DNA from: Octopus vulgaris
Taxonomy: Eukaryota
Direction of reading: 5' to 3'
NCBI GenBank assembly: GCA_951406725.2
Contig: OX597820.1
Span: forward strand, 61,504,001-61,568,000
DNA length: 64,000 nt
Position 1 is the first letter of the stretch. The number at the start of each line of letters is the position of its first letter. The notes beneath the pieces are model-generated. The model was given only the letters and a program-made list of their open reading frames with translations. It ran no database searches and was not told where the DNA came from. A program made the translations under genes and the position numbers. Below, in pieces: positions 28,628 to 42,208 of this stretch.

Positions 28628-28664
28628 ATGCTTCCGTTAGATCAAAAAGGAAGTGCCAAACCTG
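28628..28664 (+). CDS. egh: egghead-like mannosyltransferase, putative first coding exon (MLPLDQKGSAKP/G); exon probably starts at 28552
   Basis: ATG followed by a G|GTAAGT donor; phase 1 matches the acceptor at 31210 (G+GC = Gly). Confidence 0.6.
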
Positions 28665-30211
28665 GTAAGTTGTTTTCATACATTGAATTGAAATATTCTA
28701 TAATAATCAAAATATATATATTGCCTAAATATTTTTAAGCTCAAAAATCTGTATTTATAAATCAGTTTAATTTATTATATTGTGAACTCATCTTCAAATA
28801 GTTTGTGCCTGAAGATTTCAAAGGACATTTTCGTTTCTTGTCAGTTGGTTATACTGGGTTACCATAATTTACATGAATACAATATAAAATATTTATTGAG
28901 AAATATCCTCTCTGGTTATAAAACATACAAATGCAGTTCAGTGCCACTACTAGACTTGAGTTAGAATAGAATAAACTTTCATAGACTTTTAAGTTTTATA
29001 AATGGCATTCAGATTTGTGATCAGGTAATGTAATGATAACTAAGTGTTTGATCTTCATGTGGTTTTTCATGCAGACATGAATTGTATATATAGCATATGT
29101 TCATACATAGGTACACACAGTGCATATGATGTTGTATGCTTGTTAAAGTGTCATAAGTTGTAAGTGAATAGTATATACAGAAGAGATAGATGAAAGATGA
29201 CTTGGAAAATATAGCTTGATCAGACCAGAAAGCTGCAAGCTTCAGAGATGAGATTGTTACAGAATCAAATTGATAAAAGAGATTATGTATTTTTCTATCC
29301 ATGCTCAGACAAAAAAATATTTAATAATGTATCATTATCACAATCATTGTCATTGTTTAAGATTTGTTTTCAAGTGAGTTAGATAACCCAGTCATGCATT
29401 TCCCTAGTTATCACAATCTTTGGTCATTCTGCTTATTCTCATAGTTTTATGAACGCCTTCCACCATCAAAATATGGAACATTTTTACCTAGCACTCATCC
29501 TTTTACATTAACTGTACCGTTTGTCTTGCACACATTGGCTGATGCCTTATAGTACCTCGTTACTCTCACAAGTTACCTTTCTCTGGCTTTCATGTAAATT
29601 AATTTTGCTCATCAAATGAATCATATTTGGCTCATTTCTCTCTAGCCACTGCTGATTTTGTATATTCAATGCTCATAGCACTACATAGTGTTACTCTTGG
29701 ATGCATGCTTTATACAGGTTTTGATTATTGCCAACAGAAACAGCATCTCTTTAAATTTCTTCCGTCTCTTAGCTACATCACTTCTTAATCATCATTTCAA
29801 TGTTTTATTTTGCTGACAAGAATGGATCTGAAAACTTCCATCCAGATCCAGCCTTATACCTCTTTCATAAAGCCTCCTCCCTCAATACTACTCTCTACTT
29901 CATTTGAGAAGTCTCATCTTAAGCAAGTTACCTAGTGGGTTTCATTAGTGCTAGTGCCATGTAAAAAGCACCCACTACATTCTGTGAAGTAGTTGGCTTC
30001 AGGAAGGGCATCTAGCTATAGGAAACCATGCCAAAGAAGACATTAGAGGAGCTTGACACAGTCCTCTGGCTTACCAGCTCCAGTCAAACTCATACCAGCA
30101 TGGAAAACGGATATTTGATGATGATAGTGATGATGGTGTAACATTCATGTGTATTATATATCAGTTCCAATACAGTTGTCATTTCAGTTTACTTGGACTA
30201 TAGCTTCACAT

Positions 30212-30512
30212 ATGGAGACACATGGCCTAGTGGCTAGAGCAGCGGACTCGTGGTCGAGGGATCGCGGGTTCAAATCTCAGACCAGGCGATGTGTGTGTTT
30301 ATGAGCGAAACACCTAAGCTCCACACAGCTCCGATAGAAGGTAATGGCAAACTTCTGCTGACTCTTTCGCCACAACTTCCTCTCACTCTTTCCTTCTGCA
30401 TCTTGCAGCTCACCTGCAATGGACCGGCGTTCCATCCAGGTGGGGAACCTATACGCCAAGGAAACCGAGAAACCGACCCTTATGAGCCAGGTGTGGCTCA
30501 AGAAGGAACAAA
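30212..30512 (+). mobile_element. tRNA-derived SINE family B (related: 50633-50850 +, 55940-56282 -)
   Basis: A-box TGGCCTAGTGG, B-box GGTTCAAATC; body and/or 3' end shared with the other copies. Confidence 0.8.
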
Positions 30513-31210
30513 CATATCTCCACATAATTTTAAAATTACACATTTAATAAAACATATGCAGTTCATCTGCCTATAGTTACTACCATAACTTTTAGATAAA
30601 TTACCCATGATTCATTGCCATGCAGCATTGTACTATTCAATTTATGTAACCTGAATTTTACACACTGAGAGAATTGTTTTATCAATAAAAGTATCCGTGT
30701 CCTTAAACTATTTTCATCCACTTCTAAATTTGGTTAGTATACTCTCACTAGAACCACCTCCAAAATTATTGAAATCATCTGAAACTGTACCCAGTGATAT
30801 AGAACCTATCTCCTACCAGCCAGTCATCTGCCACAGTAGATTGTTATTATTTGCAGCTGATTTCACTACGAATTTTTCTTATGCATTTGATGCATTTATT
30901 TGTACTTACTAAAACTCTGGAGTAACTGTTAAAAAAAAAACTTTCATAATGCAAATGGTATTGGATATGTCAATGCATTCAAATAAAATGAAACGCAAAG
31001 TTAAATGGAACTTTCTGAGGGATTTGATAAAAGTTTCCTGCCGCTAAAGGTTATATGTCAACAAGTCTGTTGTATGGTTGGATAACACTGATTTTATAAT
31101 GCTTGTAGTTAACTAGTTTTTAAGTTAAAAACGTATAGTCTTTATATTATTTTATGAAATTGTATAATATTTGTATACACAATTAAAAAAAAATTTTTTT
31201 TTTTTTTCAG

Positions 31211-32673
31211 GCAGCAACCATAAACGTTTTGTCCCATTACGAAGGCAATACCGGAGAGTTCGCATTCGTATGGATGGACGATTACTACATTGCCTTATGG
31301 TATCTTTGTTGTTATTCATAATTGCTGTCAGTATCTTCCAAGCAAGTGGAATGATTGGTGCCATTACTGCGCCCCCTGCTGAAGTCCTTAGTAGTTATAA
31401 AACATCCTCACTCTTAATTCTATATTTGCTCCGTCTCATGACACTGATGCCTTTACCACTGACCCTTTTTAATTTTGCTGGAATTGTCTCATTCAACACT
31501 TTTCCCAGAAAACCAAAACTACGAGGATCTACTCTCTTTGGACCGTTTATTTGTTTTCGAGTGGTTACAAAAGGTCTGTTCCCTAAATTGGTTCGCAGTA
31601 ATGTTACCAAAAATCTGGAAATATGCAGTCAGCTTGGTTTTGATAATTTTGTTTTTGAAGTTGTGACAGATGAAGCAGTTCAACTCCCTAAACTACCTCG
31701 AGTTCGAGAACTTATTGTTCCTAATGAGTATCGAAGCTCCAAAGGTACTTTGTACAAGGCTCGTGCTTTGAATTATTGCCTGGAAGAAGGAATTAATTAT
31801 CTTAATGATAATGACTGGATTGTCCATCTGGATGAAGAAACACTCTTGACAGAATCCTCATTAGTTGGCATTATCAACTTTATTAATGAAGGTAAACATG
31901 ATTTTGGCCAAGGTGTAATCACTTATGCAGATGGAGAAATTGTCAATTGGTTAACAACACTTTCTGATGTTGTTCGAGTTGGAATGGATTATGGAATGTT
32001 GCGTTTTTGTCTCAAGTTTCTTCATAAACCTGTCTTCAGCTGGAAAGGATCTTTTATTGTCTCAAATGCAGGTGTTGAAAGAAAAATAACTTATGACTTT
32101 GGTCCAGATGGAAGCATTGCTGAAGACTGCTTTTTTGCTATGTCAGCTTGGCGAGATGGCCATACTTTTGGATTTGTTGAGGGAGATATGCATGAAAAAA
32201 GTACTTTTTCTCTTGTAGACTATATAAAACAACGCAAGAGATGGGTACAGGGTATTTTACTTGTTCTCTTCAGTCGTATGTTACCATGGCGCTGCAAGAT
32301 GGGTCTCTCTGTGATGATTCTCTCTTGGCTTACTTTACCATTTACTGTACCTAATATAATTTTAGTTCTTCTTTTCCCTTTACCCATGCCAACAATAGTA
32401 AATGCCCTTTGTGGTTTTATTGGGGGTACTGTAGTATTTCTATTTATTTTTGGAGCAATAAAATCTTTCTCTTTAAGAAATATGGGGCGCTGTCAATATA
32501 TTCTGTTATGTCTTGCTCCTATTTTGGTTGCTCCTCTCGCCATGATAATGGAAAGTATTAGTGTAATCTGGGCCATTTTTGGTCATCAGAATCATGTCTT
32601 TGATGTAGTTAATAAAGAAAGTAACAGTACTTCAAAAGACTTGGAATCTGCTGATCCTGTAGAAACTGTTTAA
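31211..32673 (+). CDS. egh: beta-1,4-mannosyltransferase egghead/BRE-3-like (GT2), main coding exon
   Basis: uninterrupted ORF with FICFRVVTKG, KARALNYCLE, WIVHLDEET, GSIAED, QRKRW motifs and N- and C-terminal TM segments; poly-T/CAG acceptor at 31210. Confidence 0.95.
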
Positions 32674-35600
32674 CATTTAGACACAGAGTCAAGAACTATT
32701 AACAAAAAAAATTTAAAGACACTATAATAAATTATGTAAAAATTAATATACAAATATTTTCTAATTTTTTTCTGTTAAAAAAAAAAAGAATCCAAAATTA
32801 CCATACAATTAAAATTGCATGAAATCATATATTGGATACCACCATTTCAGCTACATAATGTCTTGTTTATGAATGTTTATAGTTAACCATCAAGTTTTTT
32901 AATCAGCTTTACATTTGTTTTTGTTTTGTTTTTAGTTAACTTAATTTTATGTTTTTTTAATTTTATTCTTCAGTTTAATTGTCCTGCTCTCAAATATTCT
33001 GTCTTAATTAAATACTAGGTTTAAAAGAATTCTATCTCATGTGAATTTGACCGATTCATCCTGAAATAATGATGCAAAATGCTATATTTAGTTTGATGTT
33101 CCTTAAATGTTGCTGGTAATGTCATAATCTTTCAACTGGAAAAAAAAAAAAAATTAACCTAACTTTTTTAATGTTTCAGCAGTCTTTGGTAAAATTGATA
33201 TCTGGAACTTGCCCTTTATTTCATTTTTTTAATTACCTCTACATGTTATATATTTCTTAGAATGGTTAGGTGAAACATATTAGAATTCACACACATTTGG
33301 GATTTAGATGAAAATTTCAGTTTTTGTTAACTATATTTGATTTTAATTTGATGGCAGTTTAAACTCATAGTTTCATTATTTTTTTTTTTTTTAGCTAAAT
33401 TTAAATTTAGTATTTAGCAATATGAATATTAGTTTTCTGGTAATGAATTTATTTAAATGTCATTGAAATTATTGAAATGTTTTCTGTTTATGGTATTAAT
33501 ATGGGCAGAGTACTTAAACTTACATAAAATTTTACAGTTCATTTCTTCTCATGCATTTCAACCTCTGGTCTAACTTTTTGATAAAAGTATTTTAGGCTAT
33601 TTATTTTATATGTATTTTTTTTCCTAAGGATGTTTATTGCTTTTAGAATCAGATATCAAATTACTGTATAGATTTACTAAAATATTTGAGATTAGCATGG
33701 CATTAGCAGCTAGGTAGTTATTTTAATTAGCTTTACAGTTTAGTTGTCATAGGCATAAAATTTTACTTAAACAGAAATAGATTTTTTTTATATAAAAGTA
33801 TTTGAATCCTTTCATCACAACCTTTTATATTTTACTCATTTCTTTTGGACTGATATTTAAAATAAATCATAAAAATATTTGTTTATTTCAAGGCTCTCAT
33901 ATTAGAAAATAAAATTTTAAAAGAACTACCTCAAAATTTTTATCAAATATTGATCAGTCACATTTGTCAATTTTTCAAAATACAATTAAGCAGCATAATA
34001 TTCAAAATAGATACCAAATCATGTTAACTGAATGAGCAACCCATTTCAAGTTGCCATTTCAGAAAACCTGTTTATCTGTCACAAAACATTTGGTAGATTT
34101 AATATACTAAGATTTTGAAATAGACATTGTTAAAGAAAATAATTTCTAAAAATAACTTAGCAGTTTTTGAGCTGATCAGATTTTATATGGTATGTGAATT
34201 TATCTGTTGTTAGCTGATTGTTCATTTTACATGTTCGGAGTGCAGATATTTAATAGTTTTCTGGCTTCTGCTAGGGCACTGAATTGAATGCATTCCAAAA
34301 TGAAGTCTCGTGGTTCACATCTCTTTTCAATTCGTCCTTCCAGATTTGATAAAATATGTACTGGTTATATACTGGAGTCAAGCCACTACTACTATTGTTG
34401 TCTTACAGAAATTTCTACCAACAAAATTTATGTAGCCTATCTTTTCAACAATATTTCCTGAAATATTTCTGCTTTAAGATAAAGAGAAGAAATTGAAAAA
34501 TAAACAATAAATGATAGTAAAATAAAACTCAAGATGAAACAGTAATATTAAATTTGGATTGTTAAATAGTAGACAAGAATTGTAAATTTTTATAGTTAAT
34601 GACAGTCCAGGTTAAGAAGATTACTAATCTTACAGGAAATAAACTTGGATTGGATTTCTGTTCAGTATATCAGTCTCTTAATGCATCTCTGATTTTCATG
34701 GGATGAAGTGAATAAGATAAACCTTTATATGAATACTCTGCAAGTCTGTTGTAAACTTTCCCTGCATGTAGCACTGAATTCAACACTGCACATTGCTGTG
34801 GCACTCATCAACATTATGTTGTGGCCATCATTTGCAGCTGTGAGTTAATACTACCATATAGTAGTTACAGCTCCGTGGACTTGGCTTTTGAGGCTTAAGC
34901 GTCTTGACCACAAATACAAATGGAAGTGCCTGTGACCTGATATGAACAACTAAGTTCTCTAGTCATTGTTACCCTATAAATGTGATCAGTTGTACTTTGG
35001 AAAGAGCATAATTAAATCATTGAACTATACTACAATGATGTACTTTTAAGAATATACAAGTATATATTGTTGGCATTAGAAAGGAGTTCCAGCTGTAGAT
35101 ACCATACTAAAGTAGACATAGGAGCTTGAGGCTGTCCTCTGACTTGCTGGCTCCTCTCAAACTGTCTAACCTATACCAGCATGGAAAACATACATAAAAT
35201 GATAATGACAGTCAGTGATGTTGTTTGTGATGGAAAGATGCAGTCATAAAGTATGTAATAGTTCTATGGCTACAGCATTTCAAATTTTAAATTACAATGC
35301 TTCATTTGGTCAATTTAGAAGTTGTTGACGTCATATTTGTATTAATCAGGAAATAAGGTACATTTTTTTTCATATATATATTTTTCAGAAACAATAATGC
35401 CCCTGTCTATCCCCATCTCTCCTCCACTTGCTCTCTCTCTCTCTTATGCACACGTATTTTATGGGAACTGTTACGTGTGAAGATTGTTATAGTGTCATTC
35501 TTCAATTTAAAAACAAAATGTATTAATGAAAAACTTCAAAGATTCTCATTGATAAATTGTGATTTCTTGAGGCCTTGATTGTTACTAATACATTTCATAA

Positions 35601-36640
35601 GAGACAGTGAATATATATTTATCTTATACCCACTGCCACAAAACCCTGCAATAAACTCATCTCATTCACACACACACACATGCTATGAAGATAGAAAATC
35701 TGTGCATGGATAGTTGTTTTTTTATTGTCAGAAATTAAATGGTTCGATAAAAAAATAAAAAATTAGTCAATATTTTTACTATTCAGTGAATAATTAGTTG
35801 TTTTGAATAATTGAAGGTAGCAAAAAATAGATTCCTTTTTATTATTTTAGTGGATTAATATGTTAGATAACAATTAGGCAAAACAGAATATTGATCTAGT
35901 TTTAGATTATATCGTAATTGTTATAATGAGTTAGAAATCATAAGATTTTAGCACCAATTCTATTTGAAAGTAATTACATATCGCCAATCTCTGTCTCTTT
36001 ATCTTTGACAACCAGTATTTATATCATGATAAATTGAACTTCAAATAAATTCATGTCTACAGTTTTTGTGTTAAAAGTATCACGTTTATGTTGACATCAG
36101 ATTATTTGTTTAATTTCCAAATCTACTGTATTTTATTTCAACTTACCATTTCACAAGTATAACTCCTCTTTCTCACCATACACACACACACACACCGACC
36201 CACTCTTGTTAAATTCAGTAATTTATTGGTTTCATAATTTCATATCCGCATTTTGTAAATTTCGCTTTAATCACCTCACAAAAAAACCCATCTTCAATTT
36301 TCAAACTGATCAGATGCACTCCCAAATTATCTCCCCCCTGTATGCATTTCTCTCCCTTGTCATATTTGTCTGCGCTTTCCATTAAACAAACTTAAAAGAA
36401 ACTTATTTTTTGCTTTACAGAGAATTTTTTAATCATTAATTTGCTTAGCAATTACCTTATCAAAATATATATATAAAATTTACAATACATTATATATTTT
36501 CGAAATTAGGTTTCATTTCTGTGACGATTGCTTTGAAAATATTTTTCATTCCCAATCCCAAAATTAGATTTTTTTTTTTCTCATAATTTACCAATTCCTC
36601 GTTATTAATAAAGGTCATTGTTTTTGTTAATAGCCTTTTT
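32674..36640 (+). other. candidate long AU-rich 3' UTR of egh; distal AATAAA at 36607-36612 followed by a T-rich downstream element
   Basis: nearly TE-free, AT-rich stretch ending at a poly(A) signal plus T-tract; several proximal AATAAA also present. Confidence 0.4.
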
Positions 36641-38797
36641 TATTATTTTTATTTTCATTTTTTTTTTTTTTTTTTTTTTGACAATCTTAAATCTGTTTTA
36701 ACAATGCAGGGTTTTATTTTTAAAAACATGATTCTGCTTGACTCAAACTTGCCAGTTAAAAAAGTGAAAAATATTCTGTCTGATATCGTGATATTACATT
36801 CCCATATTGTCAGTGGTTTGTTAATGTTGGACTCATTAACATGAAAACATTTTTATAGATTGTATATGTTGAATTTTGTTCAGTCAAATAATAAAAATGA
36901 TTTCCTGCAATTTTTAAAAATCTATGAAGTTTTATTATTATTATTGTCGTTGTTTCTATTGTTAAGGTGGCAAGTTGACTCGATGTCAGTGCAATCAACT
37001 AGTTCCTGTCTTGCAAATTTCAGGCCTTCTGCCTAAAGAAGAAAGAATTGTTGTTAAGGCAGCAAGCTGGCAGAAATGTTATTGTGCCACACAAAATGCC
37101 TAGTGGCATTTTTTTCAGCTTCTCTTTCTAATGAAGGGTAAAGAGTAACTTGCCCTTCATCCTTTCAGGGTTGATGAAATAAGTACCATTTGAGAAATAG
37201 GGTCAATGTAATTGACTAGGCTCCTCAAAATTTCAGGCCTTGTTCCAATAGGGGAAAGAATTATTATTATTGTCATCTTTGTTGTTAAGGCAGCAAGTTA
37301 GCAGAATTGTTAGCATGATGGACAAACTACTTTGCAACATTTCTTTTGGCTTTGCATTCTGCTTTCAGATTCCGGTCGTTGCCAGTACTGCCTGACTGGC
37401 CCTCGTGCCGGTGGCACATAAAAGCACCCACAACACTTTCGGAGAAGTTGGCGTTAGGAGGAGCATCCAGCTGTAGAAAATCTGCCAGATCAGATTGGAG
37501 CCTGGTACAGCCATCTGGTTCACCAGTCCCCAGTCAAACCATCCAACATATGCCAGCATGGCAAGCGAACGTTAAACGATGATGATGATGATTAACTTTT
37601 TGGAGTCAGTAAAATAAGTACCAGGCAAATAACCCTGGTCAACAACCAAAATACTTCTGAGACCACTGTAGCAATTTCCAACTAATTTTAGGTCACTGAT
37701 AATGGATATCATGGTTAAAACTGATTGTTAGCTCTACCTTTTAAGATACACGTACATGTTACAACAGGTTTGCAGCAGTATGTTTCTTATGCACTCATAG
37801 TCCCACTGCTCTTCAGTATTGTTCCAGCAGTCATAGGAGGTGGTTATTCTGTGCAAGTTTATATACTGAGATGAAAGGGAAATGATTTTCCTAGTTAAAC
37901 ATTTTTTTAACTTATAATAAATATTCATTGAGGAAGCTATTAATATGCATGTGAGGCATTTTATATTACTTTTATTTTTTTACAGAATGATATAAACACA
38001 TCTGCTAAGGTATCATGTTCTGTATTATAATGATAGATTTATGAACAAATTTTCTGTTTATCTGCTAATTGTTTGTTGTTTTCCTCTTTAAAATGCCTTG
38101 CACTTGTGTAAATAAGGCAGACAACATCTACTACATTTGTGGTGAGATGACCTTTGCATCGCAGAAGTGCTGTATAACTGCTATGGTTATAAAGGTATAT
38201 CACCTATATTTTGAATGCAAGATTGGCGACTAAGATAAGAAGTGGGCTCCTCACATGTGCTGTAACACTTGTGGTACTAGCCTTCGGCAATGGTTGAATA
38301 AGAAGAGGAAAGGAATGTCTATTGTTGAGCTGATGACATGGCGGGAGCCAACAGACCGTACCAACAATTGTTATTTCTGCATAATACCTCCAGTAAAGAA
38401 AGGCTTGTCAAAGAAGAAAAAAAGAGTCCATTGAATATCCAAACATTCCATTAGCTATTCACCCAGTTCTACGTGGAGAAGGCCTATAGGTCTATCTGTT
38501 CCTGATGCACCAACTTCGATATTCTTTAAGTCAGATGAAGTAAGTGGTGAGGAGGAAGCAGAGATGTATGACAGTGCTGGATTTTGATGAAACATACTTC
38601 CTTAGACCACATCTCATAATACAAGGGGAACTCCATGACCTTGTCAAGGATCTACAACTACCTGAGAATAAGGCAGAGCTACTAAGCTCTCGTCTTCATC
38701 AGTGGAATCTCCTAATAGCTGATGTGAAAATTTCAAAATTTCATGACCGTCAGCAATTCCTTCATAATGAAAGGTGATTTATTGGCCTGCAACAATA

Positions 38798-39017
38798 CCC
38801 TTTTGTTACCAACCTGGCTGAAACCGGCCCTAGCTCTGAGTACAAATGTCTTGTTTTCATAAGTTTTGAATTAAAATCTTCCACCGAACCTCAGTCACAA
38901 TTTATGTTCCTAACACTAGCTGAATGATAACTAAGTTATTTTATTAAATTCTTTGTTATATTTAGAGTAATTGAAAGAAACACAGAGCATCTCAAGATAA
39001 ATACAGTAACGAAAGAG
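38798..39017. mobile_element. TTAA MITE family 1 nested in the Chapaev3 transposase
   Basis: reverse complement of 16586-16804. Confidence 0.85.
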
Positions 39018-39774
39018 TTAATGGTCTGATGGAAGCACTTGATATTGAATACAAATCCAGTCACTGAAGGCTGTTCATAGACTCATCAAAAACTTGTCTG
39101 AAAGGTGTCTTGTTGCACAATGGCAATAGTGAACCTTCAGTTCCTCTGATCTATGCATCACATATGAAAGAAACTTATGAGAATATAATGCTTATGCTGT
39201 AATGCATAAAATATAGTGAACATCAATGGCAGCTCTGTGATGACTTAAAGTTTGTTGCCATTGTGATGGGATTGCACCAAGTACTGCTGCTTTTAATGTG
39301 AATGGGACAGCCATGCAAGATGTTCCCAGTCTATCAGGAGAGACTGGCCACCTTGTCACTCATTAAAGCCTGGGATGAAAAATGTTCAACATTCACCTCT
39401 CACTGAGCCAAACAAAATTTTGCTACCAACACTACACATAAAACTGGGGCTCATGAAAAATTTTGTAAAAGCTATAGACAAATTCGGTCAGGGATTCAAG
39501 TGTTTAACATCAAGTTTCCCCTCCACTGAGCATTGCTAAGATAAAAGAAGGAGTCTTCATTGGTCCTCAGATTCGAGAGCTTCTTAAAAATAGTAACTTT
39601 GAATCAGCCCTTCATGAGGAGGAGGAAGATGCTTGGGAAGCATTCAAGTAAGTGGCAAAGGTGTTTCTCGGAAATAGAAGGGAAGGAAACTCTGAAGAAA
39701 TTGGTGGAAAACCTCACGACTTACAAGAACATGGGATGTAACATGTCACATTAAATTTACGTTTTGGACTCACA

Positions 39775-40378
39775 TACTCTCTTTTACTTGTTTCAGTCAT
39801 TTGACTGTGGCCATGCTGGAGCACCGCCTTCAGTCGAACAAATCGACCTCAGGACTTATTCTTTGTAAGCCTAGTACTTATTCTATCGGTCTCTTTCGCT
39901 GAACCACTAAGTTACGGGAACGTAAACACACCAGTATCGGTTGTCAAGCGATGTTGGAAGGACAGACATACAAACATATACACACACATACATACATACA
40001 TATATATATATATATAGTTAATCCAAACAAAAAAACACAACAACGCGAGGACATGGAACAAATAAAGTATTATTGGACGCTCAGGGAAGAAGGAAGGTTT
40101 AACGTTTCGAGCGGAGTTCTTCGTCGGAAACATAGGAGAAGGAAAGATCACAAGAAGGGAAGACAGAGGAAAAAAATCGCCAAATCGCCAGCGGTACTCA
40201 CGAGGTCACATATATATATATATACATACATACATATATACGATGGGCTTCTTTCAGTTTCCGTCTACCAAATCCACTCACAAGGCTTTGGTCAGCCCGA
40301 GTCTATAGTAGAAGACACTTGCCCAAGGTGCCACGTGGTGGGACTGAACCCGGAACCATGTGGTTTGTAAGCAAGCTA
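39775..40378 (-). mobile_element. SINE family A nested in Chapaev3, itself carrying an insert at 40017-40210
   Basis: identity to other family A copies; splits the LDSH|..FFP transposase motif. Confidence 0.85.
40097..40131 (-). ncRNA. minimal hammerhead-like motif (variant core CCGACGA) in a Penelope-pLTR-like insert
   Basis: minus: GTTT-CCGACGA-A-GAACtccGCTC-GAAA-CG-TT-AAAC. Confidence 0.5.
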
Positions 40379-42175
40379 CGATTTTTTTCCAGCAAAATGT
40401 GAGGCAATTAGTGACGAACATGGTCAAGGGTTTCACCAAGATATTTCAACCATGGACAAGCGATACCAGGGCAAATGGAGCAAAATAATGCTTGCTGGAC
40501 ATTGGCTCGAGATTATTCTTCAGCCCTCAATAAGCGTCAAGCAAAAAGACAGAGAGTAGGTACAGACTAGAGCTTTAAGTATAATGACACATATTGTATG
40601 TTGTAATAAAGTAATCAAATATTACATGTCGTGTATCTTTAAGCCTATAGCTAATAAGCATTTTTCAAGGTGATATTTGGATTCAAGACATGAAAATACA
40701 TAAGAATTACCTAATCTCATTTAAGAAGCACACAACTTTTCAAAATTTGTTGACCAGTATAATCAACTCCCCACTCCCTTCAAAAACTGCTGGCCCTGTG
40801 CCAAAATTTGAGACCATTGTTATTATTATTATTATTTTAAAAAGTGGTGAGCTGGCAGAATCGTTAGCACAGAGGGTGAAATGCTTAGCGATATTTCGGC
40901 CATCGCTATGTTCTGAGTTCAAATGCTGCTGAGGTCGACTTTGCCTTTCATCCTTACAGAGATTGATAAATTAAGTACCAGTGAATTAGTGGAGTTGATG
41001 TAATTGACGAGTCCCCACCAAATTTCAGCCCTTGTGCCTTTAGTAGAAAGGATTATTAATAATAATAATAATAATAGTATATTTCATCCTTTTAGGGTTG
41101 ACAAAATAAGCACCAGTGGGATTGATATAATCGACTTACTCTCTCCCCTGAAATTGCTGGCCTTGTGGCAAAATTCGAAATCAATCATCATCATCAAGGT
41201 GATGATCTGGAAGAGTTATTACAGCAAAATACTTAATGGTACTTCATCTGTCCTTACATTCTGAGTTCGAATTCTGTCAAGGTTGAATTTGACTTTTATT
41301 TTTTCAGATTTGATGAAGTGAGTACCAGTTACACGCTGGGATCAGTGTAATCGACTTGGCCCTCCCCTCAGATTTCAGGCATTGTGCCTATTGTAGAAAG
41401 GGTTATTATTATGAGCTAGCAGAATCGTTAACATATCAGGAAAAATAGCAATATTTCATACGTCTTCACATTTTGTGTTCAAATTCCACCATGGTTGACT
41501 TTGCCTTTCATCCTTTCAAGGTTGTTAAAATATGTACCAGTTTATCTCTGGTAATCGACTTACTCACTTCCCTGAAATTACTGGTCATGTGACAAAATTT
41601 AAAATCATAATCATCATTATTATTAATCTGATTAAGGTGCAAACCCAGCAATTTTGGGTGATGCTACTGACCTCAGTATTTGAGCCATATTTATTTTATC
41701 TATCCTGTCTTTCATAATTTTGTGGTTGATAAAATAAATTACCAGTCTGGTACTGGAAGCTCTGGTATCAACTAACCCACTCCTCTCAAAACTGCTAGCA
41801 CTTCCCCCAAATTAGAAGCCAATATTACCATTATTATTAAGGTGGTGAGCTGGCAGAATTGTTAACATGCTGGGAAGAATGCTTAGTGGTGTTTCATTCC
41901 TTGTTCTGAGTTCAATTTCTGCCGAGGTCAACTTGATCTTTCATCCTTTCTGGGTTGGTGAAATAAGAACCAGTCAAGCATTGGAGTTGATGCGGTTGAC
42001 TGTCGCCCTCTGACAAAATCCCAAGTCTTCTGTCAATAGTGGAAAAGGTTATTATATTCAAATACCACCGAGGTTGACTTAGCCTTTCGTCCTTCTGAGG
42101 TCGATGTAATTGACTTACCCCTCCTCCAAGCTTTGCAGACATTGTATCAAAATTTGAAATCATCATTATTATTAA

Positions 42176-42208
<33 letters not shown>

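Larger units (their letters stand above)
37633..40759 (+). mobile_element. full-length decayed Chapaev3-type (CMC) DNA transposon
   Basis: TIRs (C)CCTGGTCAACAA / TTGTTGACCAGTA with TAA TSDs (37630-32, 40760-62); transposase remnants from ~38092: YICGE, KKWAPH, WREPT..CYFC, LFIDSSK, LHIKLGLMKNFVKA, KIKEGVFIGPQIR, SDEHGQGFHQDI. Confidence 0.85.

Noticed and set aside
31171-31210. TTG start of the 500 aa ORF in the ORF track
   Set aside because: This is intronic polypyrimidine tract (KKNFFFFS); the exon starts after the AG at 31210.
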